From the NCBI RefSeq assembly GCF_009914755.1, contig NC_060931.1: a stretch of 64,000 nt of DNA, one strand, 5' to 3'. The translations under genes and the position numbers were made by a program. The number at the start of each line of letters is the position of its first letter. Position 1 is the stretch's first letter. Shown here piece after piece: positions 27,573 through 39,984 of this stretch. The notes beneath the pieces were generated by a model. That model was given only the letters and a program-made list of their open reading frames with translations. It ran no database searches and was not told where the DNA came from. The DNA is from the human T2T-CHM13v2.0 reference genome, Homo sapiens.

Positions 27573-28442
27573 AAATTTACTATTTTGAGAACTAATCCAT
27601 TTCCTCCAAAGAACCAATCCAGTCTCGTGAGAGTAAGAATTTACTACCTCAAGAATGGCAACAAACCATATATGAGGAATCCATCATCATGATCCAAACA
27701 CTTCCAACCAAGCTCTGCCTCCTAACACTGCCATACTGGGGATTACAATTCAACATGAGGTTTGAAGGGTCTAACATTCAAACTATAGCAAAAAGAGAAC
27801 ACTTCCAAACTGATTTTTATGAGGCCAGCATTACCCTCAAAGCACAGCCAGGTAATGAAACTATACAGGAAAATTACAGGACAGTATCCCATATGAGCAT
27901 AGATTTAAAAAAATGGTGAATAAAATACTAACAAAATTCAACAGCATATTCAAAGTATCATACACCATGATTAAGTGGGACTTATTCCTGGGAATCAAGG
28001 ATGGTTCAGTATATGCAAATCAATAAATATGATAGAACATATTAACAGAATGAAGTATAAAAATTATATGATCATCTCAATAGACTCAGAAAAAGCATTT
28101 GACATAATTCAACATCCTTTCATAATAAAAATGTTTAACAAATTATGGATAGAAGAATGTACCTCAACATAATAAAGGCTATATGTAACAAGCCGACATC
28201 TATCATCACACTCAGTGGTGAAAGCTGAAAATTTTTCCAGCGTCAGAAATAAGACAAGGGTGCCCACTCTCATCACTTTCACTCAACATAGTACTGAAAG
28301 TCCCAGCCAGAACAATTATGCAAGAGAAGTAAAAGGTATCCAAATTGAAAAAGGAGTTAAATTGCTTGTTTGCAGATGACATAATCTTATATATAAAATC
28401 CCTAAAGAGTCCATCAAAAAACTGTTAGAACTAATAAAATCA

Positions 28443-28915
<473 letters not shown>

Positions 28916-29511
28916 CTAACTATGAGACATTGATTAAAAAGAAATTGGGGAAGACTCAAATAAATGGAAAACTATGCCATAAACATGGGCTAGAAGAAAT
29001 CATATTGTTAAAATTTCCATAATACCTAAAGGAGTCTTCAGATCAATACAATCCATATTAAAATTCCAGTGACACTTTTAACAGATTAGAAAGAATACTA
29101 AAATTATTTTGAAACCATGAAAGACACCAAATAGGCAAATACATTTTGAGGAAAAAGAACAAAGTTTGGGCTATCTCCTCAAACATGGTAGGATGGCTAT
29201 TATCAAGAAAACAAGAGATAATAAGTGCTGGTGGAGGTGTGGATAAAAATAAATTCTTATACACTGTTTATGGGAGTGTACATTGGTACAGCCATTATGG
29301 AAACAGTATAGAGATTTCTCAAAAATTAAAAATAGAGCTACCATACAATTCAGCAATCCCACTACTGGGTATATATACAAAGAAAATGAAATCAGTATCT
29401 TGAAGAGATATCTGCAACACCTTTTTCATTGCAGCATTATTCACAATAGCCAAGATATGGAAACAAGTAGCCACCAATGTATGAATGGGTAAAGAAATTG
29501 TAGTACATATA

Positions 29512-31805
29512 TAGGCATACTTTGGCGATATCATGGGTTTAGTTCCAGACCACCATAATAAAGTGAGTTACACAAAGTTTTTGGTTTCTAGTTCATATAA
29601 AAGTTATGCTTACACTATACTGCAGTCTATTAAGTGTGCAGTAGCATTATGTCTAAGAATAATGTACATATTTTAATTATAAAATACATTATTACTAAAA
29701 ATGCTAATGACCATCTAAGCCGTTAGTGAGTCAAAATATTTTTGCTGGCGAAGTGTCTTGCCTCTGTGTTGATTGCTGCTGACTGATCAGGATGGTGGTT
29801 GCTGAAGGTTGTGGTGGCTGTGGAAATTTCTTAAAATAAGACAGCAATGAAGTTTGCCACATCAATTGACTCTTCCTTTCACAAAATATTTCTCCCTGGC
29901 ATGTGATGCTGTTTGATAGCATTTTACCAACAGTCGATCTTCTTTTAAAATTAGAGTTAATCCTCTCAAACCTGGCTGCTGTTTCATCAACTAAGTTTAT
30001 GTAATATTCTAAATCCTTTGTTCTAAATTTCAACAATATTCACAGTATCTTCACTGGGAGTACATTTTATCTCAAGAAACCACTTTCTTTGCTCATCCAT
30101 CAAACGAAATTCCTTATCCATTCAAATTTTGTTATGAGATTGCAGCAATTCAGTCACATTTTCACAGCTCACTCCTAATCCTGGTTTTCTTGCCATTTCC
30201 ACCACATTTGCAGTGACTTCCTTCACTAATCTTGAGCCCCTCAGAGTCATCCGTGTGAGTTGGAATCAACTTCTTCCAAATTTTATTAATGATATTTTGA
30301 CCTTCCCCCTTGAATCACAAATGTTCTTAAATGATATTTAAAATATATTTTAGATATCATGAATCCTCTCTGGAAGGCTTTCAATTTGTTTTGCCAGTTT
30401 CATCAGACAACTCACTATCTATGGCAGCTGTAGCCCTGTAAAACTGATTTTTTTTTTTTTTTTTTTTTTGACTTGAGGGTCAAAATCACTTCTCACTCCG
30501 CGGACTCCAGAATGAATACTGTGTTTGCAGGCATGAAAACAACAATGATCTCCTTGTACATTTTCATCACAGTTCTTGGGTCTCTCATTGCATTGTCAAT
30601 GAGCATACTATTTTGAAAGGAATCTCTTTTTTTTTTGTTAGAGCAGTAGGTCTTAACAGTGAGTTTAAAATATTTAGTAAACCATGATATAAGCAGATGT
30701 ACTGTCATCCAGGCTTTGTTCTTGCATTTACAGAGCACTAGCAGAGTAGATTTAGCATAACTATTAAGGGCCCTAGAATTTTTGGAATGGTAAATGGGTA
30801 TTGCCTTCAACTTAAAGTCACCAGTTGCATTAATCCCTAATGAAAGAGTCAGCCTGTTTTTTGAAGCTTTGAAGCCAGGTATTGACTTCTCCTCTCTAAC
30901 TACAAATGTCCTAGATGGCATCTTCTTCCCATATAAGGTTGTTTTATCTACAACAAAAAAATCTGTTATTTAGTGGTTACCTTCATCTATTATACTAGCA
31001 AGATCTTCTTGATAACTTGCTGCAGCTTCTACATCTACCCTTGGAACTTCACATTGCACTCTCATGTTATGAAAATGGCTTATTTTCCTAAATGCCATGA
31101 ACCAGTCTCTGCTACCTTCAAACATTTTTTCTGAAGCTTCTTCATGTCTCTTAGCCTTCACAGAATTAAAGGAAGTTAAAGCTTTGTATTGGGCCTTGGC
31201 TTAAGGGAATGTTGTAGCTGGTTTGATCTTTTATCTACACCACTAAAACTTTCTCCACATCAGCAATAAAGCTGTTTCACTTTCTTATTATTCATCTGCT
31301 CACTGGAGTAGCACTTCTAATTTCCTTCACAAATTGTGCGTTTGCACTCACAGTTTGGCTAAAGTTTTGTCACAGAAGGTTTTACTTTTGGCCTGTCTTG
31401 GCTTTTGACATGCCTTTCTCATTAAGCTTAATCATTTCTAGCTTTAGACTGAAAGTGAGAGATGTACAGCTCTTTCTTTCACTTGAACACTTAGAGGCCA
31501 TTGTAGGGTTATTAATTGGCCTAATTTCAATATTGTTGTGTCTCAGAGTATAGGGAGGCCCAGGGAGGGAAGAGAGACAGGGAAATGGCCACTTGGTGGA
31601 GCAATCAGAACACACACATATATTGATTAAGCTTGCCATCTTTAATGGAAGTGGTTTCTGGCATCCCAAAGCAATTATTATAGTAACATCAAGATCACTG
31701 ATTATAGATCATCATAATAGATATAATAATAATGAAAATCTTGAAATATTTCAAGAATTACCAAAATATAACGCAGAGACACAAAGTGAATACATGCTCT
31801 TGGAA
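29512..31805 (-). mobile_element. Near full-length Tigger1 DNA transposon with disrupted transposase
   Basis: Left TIR-like AGGCATACTTTGGCGATATCATGGGTTTAGTTCCAGACCACC. Minus-strand remnants [52 protein letters not shown] and [23 protein letters not shown] match the Tigger1/TIGD1-type transposase. Confidence 0.92.
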
Positions 31806-33550
31806 TTATGTTTATTAATCCTTTTCATGATTTGCCTCCACATTTCATAGAAAACTGATAGGATTTTCTGTGTTGCCATTAATACCACCTCTTGTCTACA
31901 GCAGAGGTCAAGTCACAGCACATTCCCTATCATGCTTCAGACCCTCTCTCAATTTAATATAGCCTGTCAAATTCAACAGGAGCTGAAAGAATTTTAGCCC
32001 AATAATCTGAAACTCAGCTACCACTTGTTAAACAGTCTTTAAATTTATGCCTTAGTCCTCATAATAAAATGTTATCTGTTCACAAGATACTTTTACCCCA
32101 ATTCTGATAACTCGATTCCCATTTCATTCACTGTGCCTGAATCACTGGATGATCTATGGATATAGAGAAACCATATAAACAACAGTATAAAACAAAAAAC
32201 TCTAAACAAGTAGAATAGAAGCCAGTGAGCCTTTACTCTAATATTTTTTATAATATCATGTATCGACCCAGTTTGTAAGTGAAGTATAAGTATTCCTTTC
32301 TAAATAAATATCCAGATTTTAAACTTCCAAAAGCGTTATGGAACACAAATAATATAATATGAAATAAAAGTTATTAACTATTTAAATAACAACACTGCAA
32401 AGGGAAAGTCTTCTCACCATTATATAATCCTCATTGCTAGATGATTGTGGGATCAATCATGGCATTCTCACATTTCTCCTGTGCACTATCCAGGTGCTTA
32501 CCTGTACATCTATTTTCTCTCTCTTTTCCCTCTAACTATTATCTGAGTTTAGGAAAATCACAATCAGAAAATGGTTATTCTGTCCATCACAGCTCTTCAT
32601 CTACTCCTGCCTCGGTTTTTTCTTCTGGAAGAGGAGACAAACAGTCTGCATTTTCAGGCAGTTAAAGGAAGTCCGTGCAGAGGGAACATTAACATTAGCA
32701 ATGTCCATCATGCTGAATGGGAATTCTAGTAGAGAAAAGAGGGAAGCATAACTTGAACTTAAAATCATAAGAGTTCAAAAGCAGAAATCAGAAGCTAGGA
32801 TACAGAATCAGCAATATGAGAGAAGAGAATCAGTGGGTGCGTGTCTACCTAAAGCAATTTCGTAGACAGTCCATGCTGTCCACCATACATGACTGTTGAA
32901 GATGCCATCTATGGTGTTGTCCGTAGACAACTCTTCTGAGTCTAGGAAGACAGAGCTAGCACACTTGTTCTGCCTAGTAGTTCAATGGGGGACTCAGGGC
33001 ACAGAACACATTCGTGACCTTCTCTATGTGACCCTTATTTTTGAATGCTCTTGGAAATTCAGGCATATATCCTGCTTCTAAATATTTATTCTGCTGTTAA
33101 GGAGCAAAAGACATGATGCATTAGGCCTAGCATATAAAACTTGAAAATGTGTAGTACTATGACCATACATAAAGGTGGTAGGGGGAGAATGAGAGACAGG
33201 CACTTATTTCATTATTGAGAAAATATGAAAATGTGCTCAGGACAATCTAAATGCATTTGAGTGGATGGTGTGTAATGTATTGTTTCAATATTCTGGAAGC
33301 CAGTTGGACATACTACTTACTGTCTGGTTTTATGAAAATTCATGTTTGGAATTGTCATATAAAACTTATCACCATGGGCAAAGAAAAAGGAAAATGGCAG
33401 AAGCATTTCTAATTTCTGTTTGACAACTGGACAAGGTGCATGGCATGTATTATTTCACCCTCTCAACAATCCTATAAAACTGTATACTAGTAATTAGTAT
33501 CCACACTTTACAAATGAGGAAACTGAGACCCTAAAATGTTAAATGATAGC

Positions 33551-34131
33551 TTGTTTCAAATATACACAAATCTGCACTCTCAAGTGATATGGAAAGATTT
33601 TAATAATAACTATTGCAATAGAAAAAATTGTCCAGTATAGACTGAACTCAGCTTTAATTTGTGTAGAAGAAAAAGTCTCCAGTGTAGACTGAACTCAGCT
33701 TCAATTTGTATAGAAATTAGTGAGTGTTTAAATTAAGAATGAGGCAATAGGGAGAGGAGAGAGTTAGGGATCAGTTGAATCAGGGAAGTGAAAAATTACA
33801 AAGGGTCACCCAGAGTAAATGGTATTAAGCTAGCTCTGTCTGCCAGCAAGCAATTATCAAAGTTAGTATTCTATCCTCACACAGAGACGGGAAGACAGAG
33901 GCCCTATCCTCAGGTGTTGGCTGAAATCAACTGTAAAATTTTGGGGCCAGACTTGAGTCTTCTCAGGCAGGCACGTTAACGGGGGCTTGAATTATGTTAG
34001 GGATGTGACCTTGAGCTGTTAGAACCTATGTTAATGTTTTTTCAAGTCTTTATAGCAAACGTGGAGGCCTAGTCAAGAAAAGGGCTCAGAAGAGCCTGGC
34101 TTACGTTTGGTCAAGGAGAGAAATTTCTCGC
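33551..34131 (-). mobile_element. MER67-like ERV1 solo LTR inserted in a MIR
   Basis: Minus strand reads TCTCTCCTTGACCAAAC...CCAGGCTCTTCTGAGCCC...GACTAGGCC; MIR halves at ~33430-33550 and ~34132-34200. Confidence 0.75.
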
Positions 34132-34649
34132 TTAAGAGTACATATCATAACTAGCCAGTGACAAATCTACTCTCGAATTAAGTATTAAGGCACTTTCCAA
34201 AATATATGCATTTAAACAGTACAAAGTGTTCAAGACAAGTGATTTCTACATGAACCACAACTCAAAAATTTATTTCTTAGAAAAATCATTGCATGACTCT
34301 TCTGGATAACATAACTTTTCCAAAAAGAGTATTAGTGTTATATATATAGTGGGTCAAACAAAAATGATGAAAACTCAATGCTCTTTGGTTTTCAGCTGTT
34401 TGCATCCAAATGAAGACACATTTGGCAACATTAATTGAATCCTTATAAAGGGCCTAGATCATACCACTCATTCTTCAAAGCACTGGGAACATATGACACA
34501 GCCAACAGAAAGCCTTAGCTTTTCATGGATCCTGTGGTTCTTGCTGCCATATAGGAAACATTCTAAAGTTTGCGCTTGGAAGCAGCAGTGTGCTCTCTCT
34601 AAAAATTATTTACATATACATATGTATGTAGATGAGGATTGTGTTTCCC

Positions 34650-34673
34650 GTGTGTGTGTGTGTGTGTGTGTGT
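34650..34673. repeat. (TG)n microsatellite
   Basis: About 12 TG units. Confidence 0.9.
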
Positions 34674-35925
34674 ATTTTTTATTTTTTTTGAAAATAGAAA
34701 TCTCAGTTCAATAAAGAAAATGTGAACTATGTTTCAAGAACCCTCCCATTGTGGTGATTTCGGGGATATCACATATATTCCTATGCTTTCTTATGGGTAA
34801 AGAATGGAGACAAGGGTTTGCAAGATACTATAATGCTAAGCATTAATTTTTATCAAAATAAGACTTTAAAACAGCAAGCAACTGTCTAGTTGTAAATATT
34901 TGAACTTCTTGCAACATCTTAATTGCCTCCTTTAAGAACTTTGGGAAATGGACCCTACATTGTAAAGACAGGATTCAACAAAGCAGAATGTTGCTCAAAA
35001 GCTGCTCAAAAAGCAAACCAGTGTTAAGGTGATGATTCCTTCGTGCGTATTGTTCTATTCACTATACATTTGTAAGTGTCATTATTGTTCTGAACCATTT
35101 CAGTAAGTTGATTTCACTAAGAAATTGTTTGAAATTAGATTCCATGTTTTTATCATTTTTGCCTCCAATCTCTTGGCTGGTTTAGAAAATTTCATTTGCT
35201 TCTCGTGAAGTACAAGACTGAAGATTCATATTGCACATAAAAAATTAATTCTTGGTCCATTATTATTTTCAACCTGTGTTAATAATGTATTAGATGAGTT
35301 TATTGCATAGATGTGAATGTATAGATGGGCACATTTTGGGTTAGACTGGTCAGATGTGATTCTGAGATCACTCTTATTCCAAACCAAATTTAATGCTATT
35401 GGTTTAATGTTTTAAGAAATATGACTCTCAGTTCATAAGAGGGGTTTATTCAAAGTGTATGTTGTTTTAGTAAAGGCTATATTTCTGATATTGATTAAGC
35501 CATCTTCCACTGGTGTACGAATGATTAATTCACTATTAAATCTTAGGACATGAGCAAGCCACAGGACCAACATTTTAAAAACTACCAAAGTACAAGTACA
35601 ACTGTATAAAAAGGACATAAAAGCCTAATATACAGCTTTCCTAATATTATGTCTATTTTAACAGTATATAAAATAAATACTTTTTAAGATTTAAAAAATT
35701 GCACTTAAATAATTATATTCAAGGAAACATTTATCACCCCTAGTGTATCTACTGTATACAACAGTACTCCAATTTTTTTCAAGGAAATATAAATCTTTTA
35801 TTCCAAGAAATAAAGTCATGGGCTACAAATAAATAAAGTAAAAGCATAAGATAATCTTCTTTAGAAGTTCTTAAGTTCTTTAATAATAAACTTCTCATTC
35901 CTAAACATCTATTTAAAATAAATGG

Positions 35926-36332
35926 TGTTAAAGCCTGACAAGGACTCTGTACCTTTATATTTGAGTCCTTGTGGATGAACTGTAACCTAGCTTAATAGGC
36001 AGACAAGATTGAAAACCTAACTTAGAAGTATGTGCCTGTAACAATAGCTGAGTCTTGGCCAATAGCAGCAGCCATACTTCAACCACTCATACATTGCTAA
36101 GTGTTCAAATAAGGCAAATGCCAACCTCTAACCAATCCAGCTGTTTCTATATCTCACTTCCAATTTCTGTATGTCTCTTCCCTTCTTTCATCTATAAATC
36201 TTCTTCCACCACATGGCTGCATGGGAGTCTGGCTGAATCTGCTGTAATTCTGGGGGCTACTCAATTCGTGAATGGTTCATTGATCAATTAAACTTCTTTA
36301 AATGTAATTCACCAGAAGTTTTTCTTTTAACA
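35926..36332 (+). mobile_element. MER57-type ERV1 solo LTR
   Basis: TGTTAAA...AACA termini; internal GCTGAGTCTTGGCCAAT, TAACCAATCCAGCTGTTTC, CTATAAATC and ATTAAA; flanks ATGG/ATTG. Confidence 0.8.
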
Positions 36333-36856
36333 ATTGTTTACAAAGAAGTATTTTACTTTTCTACTGAATTATTTTATAATTTTACCAATCTAAAATACAC
36401 ACTATTGATATCATATTTTCAAATTTAAATACCTCTGGTAATCACTTCTTAGAATTTTGAAATGGAAACAGTATTAGAACAAATTTGAATCATTTGAATA
36501 TAACTCTCTTTTCCATATCTAGGCTACTGGGTATTGTGAGGAAAAGTCATACATCTATGAAGATTGGTACATTTTCATACTCACTATCTCCATAAGCCCT
36601 CCATACTAGCACAGTGGCACCAAGTGTTCTGTTTTACACTGAACCTCTCTTTTTTCTTCTGTAGGGTTTATTGCAAACGTATTTTCCTCTCCTGAAATGT
36701 CCAAGACCACTAGAACTGTACTAATCTCACAATTCCCTCTGTATTTACTGTCCCTCAGCTCCAGAAATTTACCAATAGTTTATTTTTTGACAGAGGGCTC
36801 AAAATCTCCTACTTATCTTTTCAATTTCAACTTAATTTCATTTATAAGGTCTTTGA

Positions 36857-37472
<616 letters not shown>

Positions 37473-39092
37473 AGCTATCTCCTTTTTTATCAGCCATGAC
37501 CAAGTGTTCTCTTTCCTTAGCTATAAGATTAAGAACCTCCACTTCAATGCAACTAAGTTTATAACAACAGATGGCTAGGATATGGTGTTATAGGTGGATA
37601 ACAACCAGATTTCCAAAGTGGAAGTTTTTCAATAATTTTGATTTTCCCACTAATCACAACTAATGTGTAAAGGCCTTTTAGACCTACCCAAGATTATCAG
37701 TCAAGTCTTATGTTCCACTAAACTCTGCTTAGAACTTTACCTTCCAACAGTATGGAAGCTTTTTATTTCACTGCATCACATGGAAATTATGCAACATCTT
37801 TCACTGGTGTACAAATGATTAATTCACTCTTAAATCTGACGACACATTAGGCATCTAAACATGTTATTACCATTTCCTAGAATACCCTTTTCTTCTTTGT
37901 TGATTTATGTTTCAAGGCTAGTGTTTTGTTCTGTAATATTATCTCAAACCTTGTACATTTTCTGTTGTGTTCACTATTCCAGGATATCTTCTGTGACCCC
38001 TCCATATATGTTGATTGTTATTCAAGACAACCAAACTCTTGTTTTGGTACTTGCTGCACAGTAGTTAAATAATCCCTTTTGAAACAGCTTCCCAGAAAAA
38101 GGACATGACATTATTTACCTCCTTAACCTCGATGCTTGGAACAGTGGATGCCAAGTAAATATGTGGTGAACTAAAATTAGCATATATAACCAAAGACAGA
38201 CTCACTGAGTTTTGGCCATATAATTGGATCAGCTTCTGTAGTGTATATATTGTGTATTTTCAGTACTATAATATGGAGAGTTGGTCCTTTCCAAAGTGTG
38301 ATTGGTGTGCCAGAATTTAAAAGTATTCCCTTGATTAGAAAATGTGTTTAGTTTCTGTAACCAAAACATAGGAACCCACTTCTCAGCATGACTATAGGTT
38401 TTTCAAATGTGAATAAGTCATTATCCTGTATCTAGAATATTGAATTTCTTTATCTTCCCCTCCTGGGGCAACAGTTGATGTAATTATTCACGATGGAAAA
38501 ATGCATCCTCCTCAGCAGATTTGCAGAAACTCTTACTTTGGTCACACCTGTCTGGGAAGAGTGGTATCCTGCTGAATCAGTCAATTTCACTGTTATTCTC
38601 AGCTTTGAGTGGCTTAATTGTCAAGGTATTCTAGGGCACCTTTACAGCAGGGTTGACAACTTTTTGTCTGATTTTCAAGGACAGGTTGAAAAGAAACAGT
38701 GAGCCTCTGTTTGTCTCAATATCATTGTTTTGCACAGGGATATGCAGCTTTAATTTCACATATTTGGAAAATCTAGGTGACATTTTAGAAATACGGGATT
38801 ATAATTACCAGTGAGTTTCTCTCTTGTCTTAGGCAGACAATAAATACACTGAAAACTTTGTGACATTTTATAGCCAGTGAAAGGCTATTTCTTCTTATGT
38901 CATTGATGAACCAGGGTAACTTAACTGTATTTTTTTAAATGAAGCACAGATTATATGAAAATTAAAATTAATTTACATTGTTTTGTATAGTTATAGTCTA
39001 TAAGATTTCCAAAGTTATGTTAAAAGTCCAATTTGATCCAGTATTTAAATTCAGAAATGCCTACTTATATTTGGTTATTCACGAAAAGAACA

Positions 39093-39124
<32 letters not shown>

Positions 39125-39127
<3 letters not shown>

Positions 39128-39660
39128 ATTAAGCTAGGGATGGCTCTGGCCTCTGAGGATGTATCAGTGAATAAGTTTCAGCATTCATAGAACTTGCACT
39201 TTATATGGAAGGGAGATTAACACAATATTTTTTTAAAGGCTGGAGATGATGACAAGTGCCATAAAGATAATATTCTGTTTAAATGAATAAAGGGGAACTA
39301 GGATACAGGATGGTCAAAAATCCCTTTAAACAGATGACATTTGAGCAGAGACATGAAAGAATAATGAATAGCTTCCAACCATTTAAATAGCTGAGAAAAA
39401 CAAATCCAAGTAGAGAAAAATAGCAAATGGAAATTCCCTAAAAATAAATGGGTTTGGTCTGTCAGAGGAACAACAAGAATGCCAGAATTGCTAGAGAGTA
39501 GATGTGAAGCAGCAGAATTAGAGATGAAATCAGGGGAACACATGGGAAGTTGTAAACCATGGAAAGAAGTTTGAAATTTATTTAAGTAAAGTAAGAAAAT
39601 AGTTGAAGAATTTTAAGGGAGGGAGTGTTGTGATATGGTTTGGCTGTAAAAGGTAACTTT
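39125..39660 (-). mobile_element. L2 fragment
   Basis: GATGACATTTGAGCAGAGACATGAAAGA...GGAACAACAAGAATGCCAG...TTTTAAGGGAGGGAGTG. Confidence 0.7.
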
Positions 39661-39664
39661 TCAT

Positions 39665-39970
39665 AGCATTCGTTGATGTATATATACCACATTTTCTTTA
39701 TCCAGACTATCATTGATGGGCATCTAGGTTGACTTCATGTTTTTTCTATTGTAAATAGTGCAGTGATGAATATACAAGTGCATGTGTCTTTTCTTTTGGG
39801 TATATATCCAGTAATGAGATTGCTGAGTCAAAAGGTAGCTCTGTTTTAAGTTCTTTGAGAAATCTCCAAGCTGCTTTCCACAGTGACTAGAAATTTTTAA
39901 GCATCCCCTTTCCTCTGCAGCCTTCCCTTTCCTCTGTAGCCTGGCTATTACCAGAAAGTCAAAAAACAGC
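39665..39970 (-). mobile_element. Short antisense L1 fragment with junctional duplication and micro-inversion
   Basis: TATATATACCACATTTTCTTTATCCA...TTCTTTGAGAAATCTCCAA, followed by sense-oriented GGCTATTACCAGAAAGTCAAAAAACAG. Confidence 0.8.
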
Positions 39971-39984
39971 ATTTGAATTTTTAA

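Noticed and set aside
29731-31669. TIGD1 gene call
   Set aside because: The similarity comes from the parent Tigger1 transposon; the frame is broken into several pieces and interrupted by a poly-T tract.
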